Origin: an uncultured Chloroflexia bacterium | Lineage (GTDB): Bacteria > Chloroflexota > Limnocylindria > Limnocylindrales > CSP1-4 | Length of the DNA: 64,000 nt | NCBI GenBank assembly: GCA_963722105.1 | Contig: CAVRKQ010000004.1 | Span: forward strand, 101,759-165,758 | Direction of reading: 5' to 3' | The notes under the pieces: generated by a model | Databases searched by the model: none | Seen by the model: only the letters and a program-made list of their open reading frames with translations | What the model was told of the DNA's origin: nothing | Shown: one piece after another, positions 9,860-19,290 of the stretch | Layout: each line of letters starts with the position of its first letter | Position numbering within the stretch: the stretch's first letter is position 1 | Made by a program: the position numbers and the translations under genes

Positions 9860-10066
9860 GTGACCACCGGAACCATCAAGAAGGTCATCGCCGATCGAGG
9901 CTTTGGCTTCATCACCGCCGACGATGCGAAGGAATACTTCTTCCACCGCGACGGCCTCGACTCCACGCTCGACTTCGATCGCCTCATGGGCGGTGAGAAG
10001 GTCGAGTTCGAGATCGAGCAGGGCCCCAAGGGTCCTCGCGCCAAGCTGGTCCACGCGGCCGCATAG
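9860..10066 (+). CDS. csp: Cold-shock protein (CspA family), using a GTG start.
   Basis: (M)TTGTIKKVIADRGFGFITADDAKEYFFHRDGL...GEKVEFEIEQGPKGPRA carries the RNP1/RNP2 motifs. It has a long conserved 5'UTR shared with the second csp at 42459. Confidence 0.85.
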   Translation: MTTGTIKKVIADRGFGFITADDAKEYFFHRDGLDSTLDFDRLMGGEKVEFEIEQGPKGPRAKLVHAAA

Positions 10067-10071
10067 CGCAC

Positions 10072-10110
10072 CCGGCGACCCGCCTCGTGCGGGTCGCCGA
10101 TCTCTTCATC
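10072..10110 (+). terminator. Terminator-like hairpin after csp. Stem CCGGCGACCCGC / GCGGGTCGCCG, loop CTCGT, then ATCTCTTCATC.
   Basis: Perfect 11-bp GC-rich stem followed by a T-containing tract. Confidence 0.35.
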
Positions 10111-10143
10111 CGGCGGCCCCGTGGTTGATCGACCACGTCCCCG

Positions 10144-11403
10144 TTGGCATTGCATCTGCGCCTGCGCCGGAGAACCGTCATCGTCCGAACCGCCTTCGTC
10201 TCCACGTACCCGCCCCGCCGCTGTGGGATCGCCACGTTCACGAGCGATCTGGCCTCGGTGACGCCCGACAGCGAGATCGCGGTCCTGCACCCGGGCGGCT
10301 CGGCCCTGACCTACCCCCTGAAGGTGCATCACCGGATCCGCAAGCACGAGCTGGCGGACTACCGCCGCACTGCCCAGGACCTGAACCGGTGCGTGGACGT
10401 CGTCTCGATCCAGCATGAGTACGGGATCTGGGGCGGCGAGGATGGCGAGCACGTGCTCGACTTCGTCCGCGCCCTGCGCGTCCCATCCGTCGCGACACTC
10501 CACACCGTGCTGCGCGACCCGACGCCCCACCAGCGCTCCGTCCTGGAGGACCTGGTCGCGACCGCGGAGAAGACCGTCGTGATGTCGCGCTCGGCCGCCA
10601 ACCTGCTCATCAGCGCCTACGACGTGGATCCCGATCGCCTGCAGGTCATCCCGCACGGCGTGCCCAACGTGCCGCTCGTCGATTCCGCGACGGTCAAGCC
10701 GGCCCAGGGAATCAAGGATCGCGACGTGGTCCTGAGCTTCGGCCTGCTCGGCCCCGGCAAGGGCTACGAGCTCGCGATCGAGGCACTGCCGGCGATCGCG
10801 GCGGCGCACCCGGACGTCCTGTACGTCATCGTCGGCGCGACGCACCCGGACCTGATCAGCACCGAGGGCGAGGCGTACCGCGAGAAGCTGCAGGCTGCGA
10901 TCGCGCGGCTGGACATGGAGCGCCACGTCCGGTTCATCGATCGGTTCGTCGGTCGGGACGAGCTCACCCGCTGGCTCCAGGCTGCCGACGTCTTCGTCAC
11001 GCCCTATCCGAACCTCGGCCAGATCGTGTCCGGGACCATGTCCTACGCGATGGGCGCCGGTCGCGCGGTCGTCTCGACGCCCTACACCTACGCCTCGGAG
11101 CTCCTGGCGGATGGCCGCGGGGTGCTCGTCGAGCCCGGTTCGGCGGCGGCGCTCGCCGACGGCGTGGCCTCGGTTCTCGGCGACCCGGAGCTGCGCGCGG
11201 CGATCGGCCGACGGGCCCATGCCCACAGCCGGCGGATGATCTGGCCTGCCGTCGGCACGGAATACAGCTCGGCTCTTCAAGGCGACCGCGCAGGGTTCGC
11301 GCGCCGGCTCGCCGGTCAGGACGGGCGTCCCGATCCATGCTTGAGGACGTCACGCCGGACGCCACGCTGGCGCCCCTGTACCCGATCAGCCGGAAGCACC
11401 TGA
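10144..11403 (+). CDS. GT4-family glycosyltransferase, paralogue of 42742..43872. The start may be a later GTG near 10175-10185. The 3' end overlaps the next gene by about 66 nt.
   Basis: AFVSTYPPRRCGIATFTSDL...GLLGPGKGYELAIEALPAIAAAHPDVLYVIVGATHPD...FVTPYP...E(x)7E-like C-terminal GT-B fold. About 55% identical by eye to 42742..43872. Confidence 0.75.
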   Translation: MALHLRLRRRTVIVRTAFVSTYPPRRCGIATFTSDLASVTPDSEIAVLHPGGSALTYPLKVHHRIRKHELADYRRTAQDLNRCVDVVSIQHEYGIWGGEDGEHVLDFVRALRVPSVATLHTVLRDPTPHQRSVLEDLVATAEKTVVMSRSAANLLISAYDVDPDRLQVIPHGVPNVPLVDSATVKPAQGIKDRDVVLSFGLLGPGKGYELAIEALPAIAAAHPDVLYVIVGATHPDLISTEGEAYREKLQAAIARLDMERHVRFIDRFVGRDELTRWLQAADVFVTPYPNLGQIVSGTMSYAMGAGRAVVSTPYTYASELLADGRGVLVEPGSAAALADGVASVLGDPELRAAIGRRAHAHSRRMIWPAVGTEYSSALQGDRAGFARRLAGQDGRPDPCLRTSRRTPRWRPCTRSAGST

Positions 11404-12533
11404 AGGTCATGGGCGGCGAGCTCGGCATCTTCCAGCACGCGAAGGGCTCCCTGCCGGATCCCGAGCACGGCCACTGCGTCGACGACGTCGCGCGCGCGCT
11501 CGAGGTCGACCTCCTCCACGCACGGACCCTCGGCTGGGCCCCGGTCGCCGAGAGCGCCCGCCGCAACATGCAGTTCCTCGAGGACGCCTTCGACGAGCCG
11601 AGCGGCCGCTTCCTGAACTTCCGCACCGTCGCCGGCGAGTGGACCGGCGGTCCCGGCTCCAACGACAGCCTCGGCCGCGCGATGCTGGCCCTCGGCGAGA
11701 CGATCGCCGCGGCACCCGAGGCGCGCCTCGTCGAGCAGGCCCTCGAGCTCTTTGCCCGCGCGCTCAAGGCCGCCCGCCGCGTGACCTCGCCGCGAGCCCA
11801 GGCATCGGTCGTCCTCGGATGCGCCGCCGTCGCACGCTCGTCCGCGATCGCGAGCTCCACGGAGGTGCGGGACATGGCCCTCGCGCGCGACGTGCCCGTC
11901 GTCATGCGCACCCTCGCGACCGGCCTCCACGCCCAGTTCCTGACCTACGCCGAGCCCGGCTGGCCCTGGCCGGAGGACGCGCTGACCTACGAGAACGCGC
12001 TCCTCCCGCGGGCGCTCATCGTCGCCGGCCAGCGCGGCCGAGCGGAGACGATGGTCGATGATCGGGCTCCAGGTGCTCGACTGGCTCATCGACGTCCAGA
12101 CGGCACCCGAAGGCCACCTCTCCCCGATCGGGCAACGGCTGGTGGCCGATCGAACGGCGAACGATCCAGGTTCGACCAGCAGCCGATCGAGGCGACCGCG
12201 CTGCTGCTCGCCGCCGAGGCTGCCTACGCGGCCACGGGGAATCCGCGCTACCGGGCCGCGATGGAGCGGGCATACGCCTGGTTCCTCGGCGAGAACGACC
12301 TCGGCGTGCGCATCGCCCATCCGGCCCGCGGGGCCGGCTCCGACGGACTGACGCCCAAGGGCATGAACCGCAACGAGGGCGCCGAGTCGACGCTGATGTG
12401 GCTCATGCGCCGCCGAGCACATCCGTGCGCTCCGCGCCGCCAAGCCGCGGGTGCATCGGTCCCGCTGCCGCCCGGGCGCGTCGCCGCGTCCCGCGTCGGC
12501 GCCGCTGCTCGTGCGTCCCGGTCGCCGGCGTGA
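11337..12533 (+). CDS. Uncharacterised (alpha/alpha)6-barrel-like putative glycoside hydrolase between GT4 and GH130. It needs two frame changes, at about 12050 and about 12170.
   Basis: MLEDVTPDATLAPLYPISRKHLKVMGGELGIFQHAKGS... then MIGLQVLDWLIDVQTAPEGHLSPIG in frame 12058..12351, then ...ATALLLAAEAAYAATGNPRYRAAMERAYAWFLGENDLGV. The stop overlaps the GH130 GTG (GTGA). Confidence 0.5.
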   Translation: MLEDVTPDATLAPLYPISRKHLKVMGGELGIFQHAKGSLPDPEHGHCVDDVARALEVDLLHARTLGWAPVAESARRNMQFLEDAFDEPSGRFLNFRTVAGEWTGGPGSNDSLGRAMLALGETIAAAPEARLVEQALELFARALKAARRVTSPRAQASVVLGCAAVARSSAIASSTEVRDMALARDVPVVMRTLATGLHAQFLTYAEPGWPWPEDALTYENALLPRALIVAGQRGRAETMVDDRAPGARLAHRRPDGTRRPPLPDRATAGGRSNGERSRFDQQPIEATALLLAAEAAYAATGNPRYRAAMERAYAWFLGENDLGVRIAHPARGAGSDGLTPKGMNRNEGAESTLMWLMRRRAHPCAPRRQAAGASVPLPPGRVAASRVGAAARASRSPA

Positions 12534-13493
12534 CCGCCCGAGTCCCGCTGTTCCGGCGGTCGGACCTGAACCCGATCCTGACCGCCGCCGATGTCCCCTA
12601 CCCCGCCAACAGCGTCTTCAATCCCGGTGCGGCCCGGATCGGCGACGAGACGATCCTGCTCGTCCGCGTCGAGGACCTGCGCGGCATCTCCCAGCTCCAC
12701 GTCGCGCGCAGCAAGGACGGCGAGTCGGGCTGGACGTTCGACCCCGAGCCGCTGCTCCGCGCCGACGTCGATCGCGACCCCGAGGAGACCTGGGGCTGCG
12801 AGGACCCCCGCGCTGACCTGGCTGCCCGAGCGCGAGGAGTGGGCGATCGCCTACACCGCGTACAGCCGGCGCGGCCCGCTCGTCTCGCTGGCCACCACGC
12901 GCGACTTCCAGACCGTCCGCCGCCTCGGGCCGGTCATGCCGCCCGAGGACAAGGACGCGGCGATGTTCCCGCGCCGGTTCGGCAACCGCTGGGCGATGAT
13001 CCATCGACCTTCGCCCCTCCGCGGCGGCGCCCACATGTGGGTCTCCTACTCGCCGGACATGCGCCACTGGGGCGACCACAAGCTGCTGCTCGAGGCGCGC
13101 GACGGGGCCTGGTGGGACGCCGGCAAGATCGGCCTCGGGCCACCGCCGCTCGAGACGCCCGAGGGCTGGCTCGTCATGTACCACGGGGTCCGCGTGACGT
13201 CCGACGGACCGATCTACCGGGCCGGGCTGGCGCTCCTCGACCTCGAGGACCCGGGAACCGTGCTCCATCGCTCCGACGAATGGGTGTTCGGGCCCGAAAC
13301 GCCCAATGAGATGATCGGCGACGTCGGGCGGGTCGTGTTCCCGTGCGGGTGGATCCACGACCCCGAGACGGACGACCTCGCCCTGTACTACGGCGCCGCG
13401 GACACGGTCATCGGCCTCGCGACCGGCAAGCTCAGCGACGTCATCGCGACGGTCAAGGCGGCACCCGTACCGAAGCGCAAGACGCGGCGCTAG
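12530..13493 (+). CDS. GH130-family glycoside hydrolase / beta-mannoside phosphorylase-like protein (DUF377 fold). It has one frame change, at a C5 run around 12805-12812.
   Basis: RSDLNPILTAADVPYPANSVFNPGAARIGDETILLVRVED...WGCEDPR | LTWLPEREEWAIAYTAYS...GWLVMYHGV...VFPCGWIHDPETDDLALYYGAADTVIGLA. Confidence 0.75.
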
Positions 13494-13529
13494 CCGCGGC
13501 CTCGCGCCGACGAGGAGCCGCCGCCCAGG

Positions 13530-14744
13530 TCAGCGCAGGCCGATCGCCAACGTGTGGGTTCTGAGCACGATCGAGCCCGTGCCGAACAGCGTCACCTTGA
13601 GCTCGTAGGTCGCCGGCTTGGCGAGGCCCTTCGTGCTGAGATTGAAGATGAACTGGTTCGCGCCCGCGTCGTAGCGGAAGCAGTTGCCCGCGTGTGGCTG
13701 GTTGCTGTTGACCGTCTCGTCGACCGCCGGCGCGCCACTTCCGATGCGCACGAGCGAGATCTGCAGCGCACAGGCGCCAGCGAGCTCGCCGGCTGCGGCA
13801 TCGGAGAACAACGCCCCGGCGGCATCCCGTAGCGCGAACTTGACGGGCACCGTCGAGCCGCCCTTGAAGACGCTCATTGGGCTCGATGCCGAGATCGGGT
13901 CGTTCAGGGGCTGGAAGAAGCTGGAGATCGTCGGCGGCGCCACCGTGACAGCCACGAACGGCGAGAGCGACGTGGTCTCGCCGCAGATGGTCTCGGGTCC
14001 GAGATTTCCCTCGATCGTGATGTCGACCCACGCGCCACCCTCGAAGTGGAGCAGCGCCGTTGGGGCTGGCGTCACTCCCGCGAAGTTGAGGCAGACCGTG
14101 ATCGAGCCGCTGATCGTCGCTGTCGTCTGGAGGTCGTAGAACCGCGGCGGGCTGCCGAGCTGGAAGCCCGCCGGGAGCGCCGGCCCTGTCGAGCTCGTGG
14201 TCACGGTCGTGACACCAGAAGACGTCACGTTCTCGAAGATCACCTGGTGCGGCGTCGGCACGCCGTTCTCCCCAGGCGACGTCTGGACGTTCCCCCCGGT
14301 CGGCGTGTTGCCGGCACCAGGGTTCGGGCTCGGCCCGAAGCTGGGCTGAGGCGCGTCAAACCCGGTACAGGTGTACTGCAGGGAAAGCGCGTTGCCATCG
14401 ACGTCGGTGCTCGCGGTCACGAGCGTGTCCTCGCCCGTGATGACCTCGAAGTGGGCGGTGCTCTGGTTGGTCTGGCCGTTCGGAACCTGGAACGTGCCCG
14501 CCACGGCGAACTCCGCAGTCAGCGTGATCGGGTCGGACTCCCATCCCGAGAGAACGAAATGCCAGAGGACCAGACCGGGGTCGAGTGGGTCCGGGCACGA
14601 GATGTGGAAGTCGGGATCGTCCCAGGTGACTCCCTCGTGCGACGGGACCAGGTCCTGCGCGGAGACGACGGCGACCGCCGAGAACGCCAGCACCACAGTT
14701 GACACGCCTGCCAGCAGGCGCATGCGATTTCGCCCGGTTGCCAC
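13530..14744 (-). CDS. Secreted hypothetical protein with a signal peptide. No recognisable catalytic motif.
   Basis: MRLLAGVSTVVLAFSAVAVVSAQD is a signal peptide. 404 aa, rich in T/S/G, with scattered Cys pairs. Confidence 0.6.
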   Translation of the reverse strand: MATGRNRMRLLAGVSTVVLAFSAVAVVSAQDLVPSHEGVTWDDPDFHISCPDPLDPGLVLWHFVLSGWESDPITLTAEFAVAGTFQVPNGQTNQSTAHFEVITGEDTLVTASTDVDGNALSLQYTCTGFDAPQPSFGPSPNPGAGNTPTGGNVQTSPGENGVPTPHQVIFENVTSSGVTTVTTSSTGPALPAGFQLGSPPRFYDLQTTATISGSITVCLNFAGVTPAPTALLHFEGGAWVDITIEGNLGPETICGETTSLSPFVAVTVAPPTISSFFQPLNDPISASSPMSVFKGGSTVPVKFALRDAAGALFSDAAAGELAGACALQISLVRIGSGAPAVDETVNSNQPHAGNCFRYDAGANQFIFNLSTKGLAKPATYELKVTLFGTGSIVLRTHTLAIGLR

Positions 14745-14926
14745 GTTCCCTCCAGATCGTCAGACCGCTGCCCAGCCCCGCGCGGCCCTCGAGACGACCA
14801 GTGAGTCTAGGCCGGACGAATCGCGGAACTCTGTCGTCGAACCGACTCCGCGCGAGAACGCCGTTCGCGGCCGGTACGTCCACAGGCCCACACGCCCTTG
14901 TGAACCGCGGGCGGAAATACCCTCGG

Positions 14927-16117
14927 CTACGGCGTCCCCGCACTGACGCTTGGGCGCGAACACTCCGGGTCCCCGACCGCGACGACCGTCGAGACGCCGC
15001 TGGCGATCGAGCGCAGCTGGCATTCGGACCAGTCGAGGCCGGTTGGGTGCTCCTCCCAGGTCTCGCCGTCGGGCGAGGTCCAGGCGCGCAGGGGCGACGG
15101 CTCGACGGTCAGGTCGACACCGAGCAGGATCCAGCCGGTCCCGACAGCGGCAAGCTTTGGCGATCGCAGCTGTTGACCGGTGAGGGTCGATTTGAACGAG
15201 CCGTCACCGGTCTGCACCCAGACGGTGGTCGGACAGGTTCCATCCGCACAGCTCGCGATGGCTGCGGCGAGTCGCTCGCCGTCGGAGGTGATTGAGAGGT
15301 CGTCGATCGCCCGGGCGTCGATCGGTCCGATCCGTCGCCATTCGATCCCGTCCGGTGATGAGAAGGCAACCGCCGGGTCGTCGCCGAAGGACAGGACGAG
15401 CGCCAGCTCGGAACCTGTCGCCATCACGTCGGCCGCTCGGACGGGCGTTTCCTGCGGGTACCCGAACTCCGTGGGCTCGATGCGTGTCCAGTTCGTGCCA
15501 TTCGCGCTCCGGTACGGGCCGCCGAGCCCGGAGTGCGTGCGGTCCTCCAGCGTCACGATGATGGAGCCGTTCGGGCCCACCGCCAGGCGATCGAGCAGCG
15601 GGCAGCCGTTCTCGCACGAGCGCTCGAACGAGCCGAGCAGCGTCCAGTCGCGGCCATCAGTTGAGTGCCAGAACAGGAACTCGAGCTGCCCATTCTGCGA
15701 GCGGGATCCGGCCGCCACGTACGACCCGTTGAACGCGACCACGCTGGGGGTCGCGCCACCCGCACGGGGCATCGCCGAAGCGGTCCACGTCATCCCGTCG
15801 TCCGATCTCCAGGCCGTTGGTTGGCCTCTGCCGCAGTTGCCAATGACGGCGCAACCTCGACCGACGAGGACGAACCCCGGCTCGCCGTAGGCGACGCCAT
15901 ACCCCTCGCCTTCAACCCCCAGGTCGACGTCCGCCCACGTCGCACCGAGGCGCGGACCCGAGGGCGTTGCCTCGGGCGTTCCCGGCACGGCCGTCGATGG
16001 AGCGCCTGTTGCTGCGGCGGTGGTCGACGCCGACGGAGTCGCGGGAGGCGAAGTCGCGCAGCCGGCGACCAGCCCGACCGTCACGGTAAGCGCCAGCCAC
16101 ACCGGACCCCGTGTCAC
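14927..16117 (-). CDS. Lipoprotein with at least five BNR/Asp-box repeats (SxDxGxTW), giving a beta-propeller-like fold.
   Basis: Lipobox LVAGC. Repeats SDDGMTWT, STDGRDWT, SANGTNWT, SPDGIEWR, SPDGETWE. Confidence 0.7.
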   Translation of the reverse strand: MTRGPVWLALTVTVGLVAGCATSPPATPSASTTAAATGAPSTAVPGTPEATPSGPRLGATWADVDLGVEGEGYGVAYGEPGFVLVGRGCAVIGNCGRGQPTAWRSDDGMTWTASAMPRAGGATPSVVAFNGSYVAAGSRSQNGQLEFLFWHSTDGRDWTLLGSFERSCENGCPLLDRLAVGPNGSIIVTLEDRTHSGLGGPYRSANGTNWTRIEPTEFGYPQETPVRAADVMATGSELALVLSFGDDPAVAFSSPDGIEWRRIGPIDARAIDDLSITSDGERLAAAIASCADGTCPTTVWVQTGDGSFKSTLTGQQLRSPKLAAVGTGWILLGVDLTVEPSPLRAWTSPDGETWEEHPTGLDWSECQLRSIASGVSTVVAVGDPECSRPSVSAGTP

Positions 16118-16638
16118 TCCGTCGCCACGAACTGGCCGGAGGCCAGGACTTCTCCGCCACCCATCTCGGCAATCTCGAACCGCCAGGTCCCGGGCCGCAT
16201 CATCGGACCGATGCTGAACGCCCAGGTGTCCATCTCCTCAGTGCTCCTGCTCCAGGCAATGGTGATCAGCACGTCGTCGACATATTCCCGGATCACGAGG
16301 CGCGTCCCCGCCATCGAGCGCGGCAGGCGACCAACCATGTAGAACGTCGCATCGGGTCCCACGGAGGTCAGCTGGTCGCGGACCTCGAAGCTTTCCGGAT
16401 CGAAGCCCATCCCGAACCAGATGGCGCCTGTCGGCGGGATGTTCGCGAATGGATGGCCGCCGGTCGCGTCGTAGTAGGCCGCCGCCCCCAGGACAACGAC
16501 GACCGCGAGGGCGGCCAACCATCGGCGGCGGCTCGTTCTGCGGGCAGACCGGCCGTCAGGTTCGTGGGAGCCGTCGGGAGCAGGGGGCGACGCCGCGGGA
16601 TCGTCAGAGTCGAGCTCGGACGAGGTGTTCCCTAACAT
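16114..16638 (-). CDS. Small membrane-anchored hypothetical protein. Its start overlaps the end of the BNR lipoprotein by 4 nt.
   Basis: N-terminal TM helix WLAALAVVVVLGAAAYY, then a ~110-aa soluble domain. Confidence 0.55.
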   Translation of the reverse strand: MLGNTSSELDSDDPAASPPAPDGSHEPDGRSARRTSRRRWLAALAVVVVLGAAAYYDATGGHPFANIPPTGAIWFGMGFDPESFEVRDQLTSVGPDATFYMVGRLPRSMAGTRLVIREYVDDVLITIAWSRSTEEMDTWAFSIGPMMRPGTWRFEIAEMGGGEVLASGQFVATE

Positions 16639-16668
16639 CGAGGGAGCATAGAGTGGCCTCGATGTCGC

Positions 16669-17181
16669 TCACCTTTCTCGCGCCTGATCGGGCGTGGCCG
16701 GCGCCGAATCCGAGCCCGTGAACAGGAACCAGGCGAGCAGGATCCCGATCAGGAGGATCACCAGGAGCAGCAGCCCCTCGACCTGGAGCGGCTCGACGCC
16801 CAGGCTCGTCCGGACGACGTCGGGGACGAGCGCGACGGCGGTGATGAGCCCGTAGATCGGGAGGCCGAGCCAGGCCGCTCTGTACAGGCCGCCGAGGAGG
16901 CTTCGCAGCGCACCACCCGTGCGCATGCTCGCGACCGCCGCCGCCATCCCCGTGAGCCCAGCGAGCCCGAACGCGATCCGCCACATCGGTCCCGACGCGA
17001 GCAGCGAGGCCAGCGAAACCAGCCCCGGCACGATGAAGTGCAGCGAGACCAGGAACGTGAAGCGGCGCGCGGAGGCGTCGGCCGTCAGCTCCCTGTGGCG
17101 GAACTGGACGACCACCCACCAGAAGCCCAGCAGCGTGAAGCACAGCGCGGAGGCCGCGGCGTAGAAGGTCGTCGTGTCCAT
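16669..17181 (-). CDS. Integral membrane protein with about 5 TM helices, function unknown.
   Basis: MDTTTFYAAASALCFTLLGFWWVVVQF...LVSLHFIVPGLVSLASLLA...LLLLVILLIGILLAWFLF. The start is Met49 of the 218-aa ORF. Confidence 0.6.
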   Translation of the reverse strand: MDTTTFYAAASALCFTLLGFWWVVVQFRHRELTADASARRFTFLVSLHFIVPGLVSLASLLASGPMWRIAFGLAGLTGMAAAVASMRTGGALRSLLGGLYRAAWLGLPIYGLITAVALVPDVVRTSLGVEPLQVEGLLLLVILLIGILLAWFLFTGSDSAPATPDQARER

Positions 17182-17255
17182 CGAGCGCGATTGTGCCGCA
17201 GCCGACGACGAGGCAAGCCGAGTCGTGGCGACGTTCGGCGTACGATCCTGACGCC

Positions 17256-19238
17256 ATGACCCAGACGCTCGAGGCCGGCAGGGACGCGGCGACGCGCCAC
17301 GACTGGGCGGCTGCCGTCGCTGCACTCACCGAGGCCGATCGGGACGGTGGACTGTCCGGTGAGGACCTCGAACTGCTCGGCACGGCGTCGTGGTGGCTCG
17401 CCAAGCCGGAGGAGTCCGCCGGGGTCCTCGAGCGCGCGTTCAACGCGTACTCGAAGGAAGGCCGTCGCCTCGACGCCGCCCGGGTGGCGATGAGCCTGGC
17501 CTACCAGGCGTATCGAGGCCTTTCGGGCCCGGCGGGCGGCAGCTGGTCGGCTCGGGCAGAACGTCTCCTCGCGAACGAGCCCGAGAACCGACTGCACGCT
17601 CGGGCTCTGATGTACCAGGCGCAGGCAGCGATCTACGCGGGCCGGCTCGATCAGGGCGTGGAGCTTGCCGACAAGGCGATCGAGATCGCGCGCCGTCACG
17701 ACGCCGCGGACGAGCTGCAGATGGCCATTTCATTCCGCGGCATCGCCAAGCTGTTGGCGGGCGATCTCGCGGCCGGGATGCAGGACATCGACGAGAGCGC
17801 CGCGGCCGCATCGAGTGGGCAGCTGGACCTCCGCATCTCGAGCGACATCTTCTGCGTGGCCATCGGAGGCTGCCGCAGGGTCGGCGACCTCGAGCGCGCC
17901 GGCCAATGGGCGGACGAGGGCGAGCGCTGGATGGAACGCAACGGCGCGGGTGGGTTCCCGGGCGTCTGCAAGGTCCACCGGGCCGAGCTCAAGATGTTCC
18001 GCGGCGACTGGTCGGGGGCCGAGCAGGAGGCCCGCGCGGCGTGCGACGAGCTCCAGCGGTTTCGCCTGCTCGATGGCCTCGGGTTCGCGCACAACGCGAT
18101 CGGGGAGGTTCGCCTGCGAATGGGAGATCTCGATGGCGCGGCGACCGAGTTCGATCAAGCCTACGAGCATGGTCACGACGCCCAACCGGGCCTTGCCCTG
18201 CTCCAGCTGGCTCGAGGCGAGATCGACGATGCGCGGCGCTCGCTGGGCCGGGCACTCGCCGGGGCGAGCGGCGGTGGCGGGCCTGCGGATCTTGCCAATC
18301 GGGCGAATCTCCTCCCCGCCCAGGTCGAGATCGCCCTCGCCGCGGGCGACCTCGATGCCGCCCGGGCGGCGGTCGAGGAGCTCGAGTCGATCGCAACTGG
18401 CTTCGAGCGACCGTTCTTCAAGGCCGGCGCCCTGACGGCTCGCGGCGAGCTCCTCCTGGGCGAGCGGAAGCCCGTCGAGGCGTCGCCCGTGCTCGATCAG
18501 TCGTGGCGGCTGTGGCAGACCCATGACCTGCCCTACGAGGCGGCTCGGGCCAGGCTGCTGTACGGCGAGGCGCTCGCGGCCGAGGGCGACCAGGCGATGG
18601 CCAGGCGCGACCTGCTCGCGGCGCGATCGACATTCGACCGACTTGGCGCGCGGCTGGACGTCGAGCGCGTCGACAAGCTGCTCGGTCCGGACGCGGGCAC
18701 GGCCGCGGCGGCCCGGTCCGGCGAGCGCGTCGAGCGGACCTTCATGTTCACCGACATCGTCGTCTCGACCGATCTCGTCGGGATCATGGGCGATGACGCG
18801 TGGGGCGAGCTCCTGCACTGGCACGACCGCGAGCTGCGGGCTTCCATCGCGGAGCACAACGGCCTCGAGGTCAGCCACACCGGCGACGGCTTCTTCGCGG
18901 CCTTCGACCGGGCAACCGATGCGATCGCCTGCGCCGTGGACATCCAGCGCCGGCTCGTGCGCCACCGGCGCGAGCATGGCTTCGCGCCGTGGGTCCGCAT
19001 CGGCCTGCACAGCGCGGAGGCCACGCGCGAGGGTGGCAACTATCGAGGCCAGGGCGTCCACGTGGCGGCGCGGGTCGGTGCTGCTGCCGATCGGGAGGAG
19101 ATCGTCGTCTCGAGCTCGGTGGTGGAGGCGGCCGGGCGCGTCCCGTTCGCGCTGTCCGAGCCGCGGTCCGCGAAGCTCAAGGGCCTGAAGGAGCCGGTCG
19201 AGCTGCGGTCCGTCGAATGGCGGGCCGCGCCACACTAG
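17256..19238 (+). CDS. TPR-like helical-repeat sensor domain fused to a class III adenylate/guanylate cyclase catalytic domain.
   Basis: About 480 aa of TPR-like helices, then RTFMFTDIVVSTDLVGIMGDDAW...HTGDGFFAAFDRATDAIACAVDIQRRL...RIGLHSAEA...YRGQGVHVAARVGAAADREEIVVS. The start is chosen at Met22 of ORF 17193..19238. Confidence 0.8.
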   Translation: MTQTLEAGRDAATRHDWAAAVAALTEADRDGGLSGEDLELLGTASWWLAKPEESAGVLERAFNAYSKEGRRLDAARVAMSLAYQAYRGLSGPAGGSWSARAERLLANEPENRLHARALMYQAQAAIYAGRLDQGVELADKAIEIARRHDAADELQMAISFRGIAKLLAGDLAAGMQDIDESAAAASSGQLDLRISSDIFCVAIGGCRRVGDLERAGQWADEGERWMERNGAGGFPGVCKVHRAELKMFRGDWSGAEQEARAACDELQRFRLLDGLGFAHNAIGEVRLRMGDLDGAATEFDQAYEHGHDAQPGLALLQLARGEIDDARRSLGRALAGASGGGGPADLANRANLLPAQVEIALAAGDLDAARAAVEELESIATGFERPFFKAGALTARGELLLGERKPVEASPVLDQSWRLWQTHDLPYEAARARLLYGEALAAEGDQAMARRDLLAARSTFDRLGARLDVERVDKLLGPDAGTAAAARSGERVERTFMFTDIVVSTDLVGIMGDDAWGELLHWHDRELRASIAEHNGLEVSHTGDGFFAAFDRATDAIACAVDIQRRLVRHRREHGFAPWVRIGLHSAEATREGGNYRGQGVHVAARVGAAADREEIVVSSSVVEAAGRVPFALSEPRSAKLKGLKEPVELRSVEWRAAPH

Positions 19239-19290
19239 GCAACCGCCAGGGGCTAGGCGTCACTCGTCGGGCTGCCGGCGGCGTTTCGAC

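Noticed and set aside
10144-11403. Treating the 66-nt overlap between GT4#1 and the following gene as a frameshift fusion.
   Set aside because: The overlap might be genuine and I could not identify a frame switch. The GT4 C-terminus merely runs ~30 aa longer than the paralogue, so the coordinates are kept with reduced confidence.
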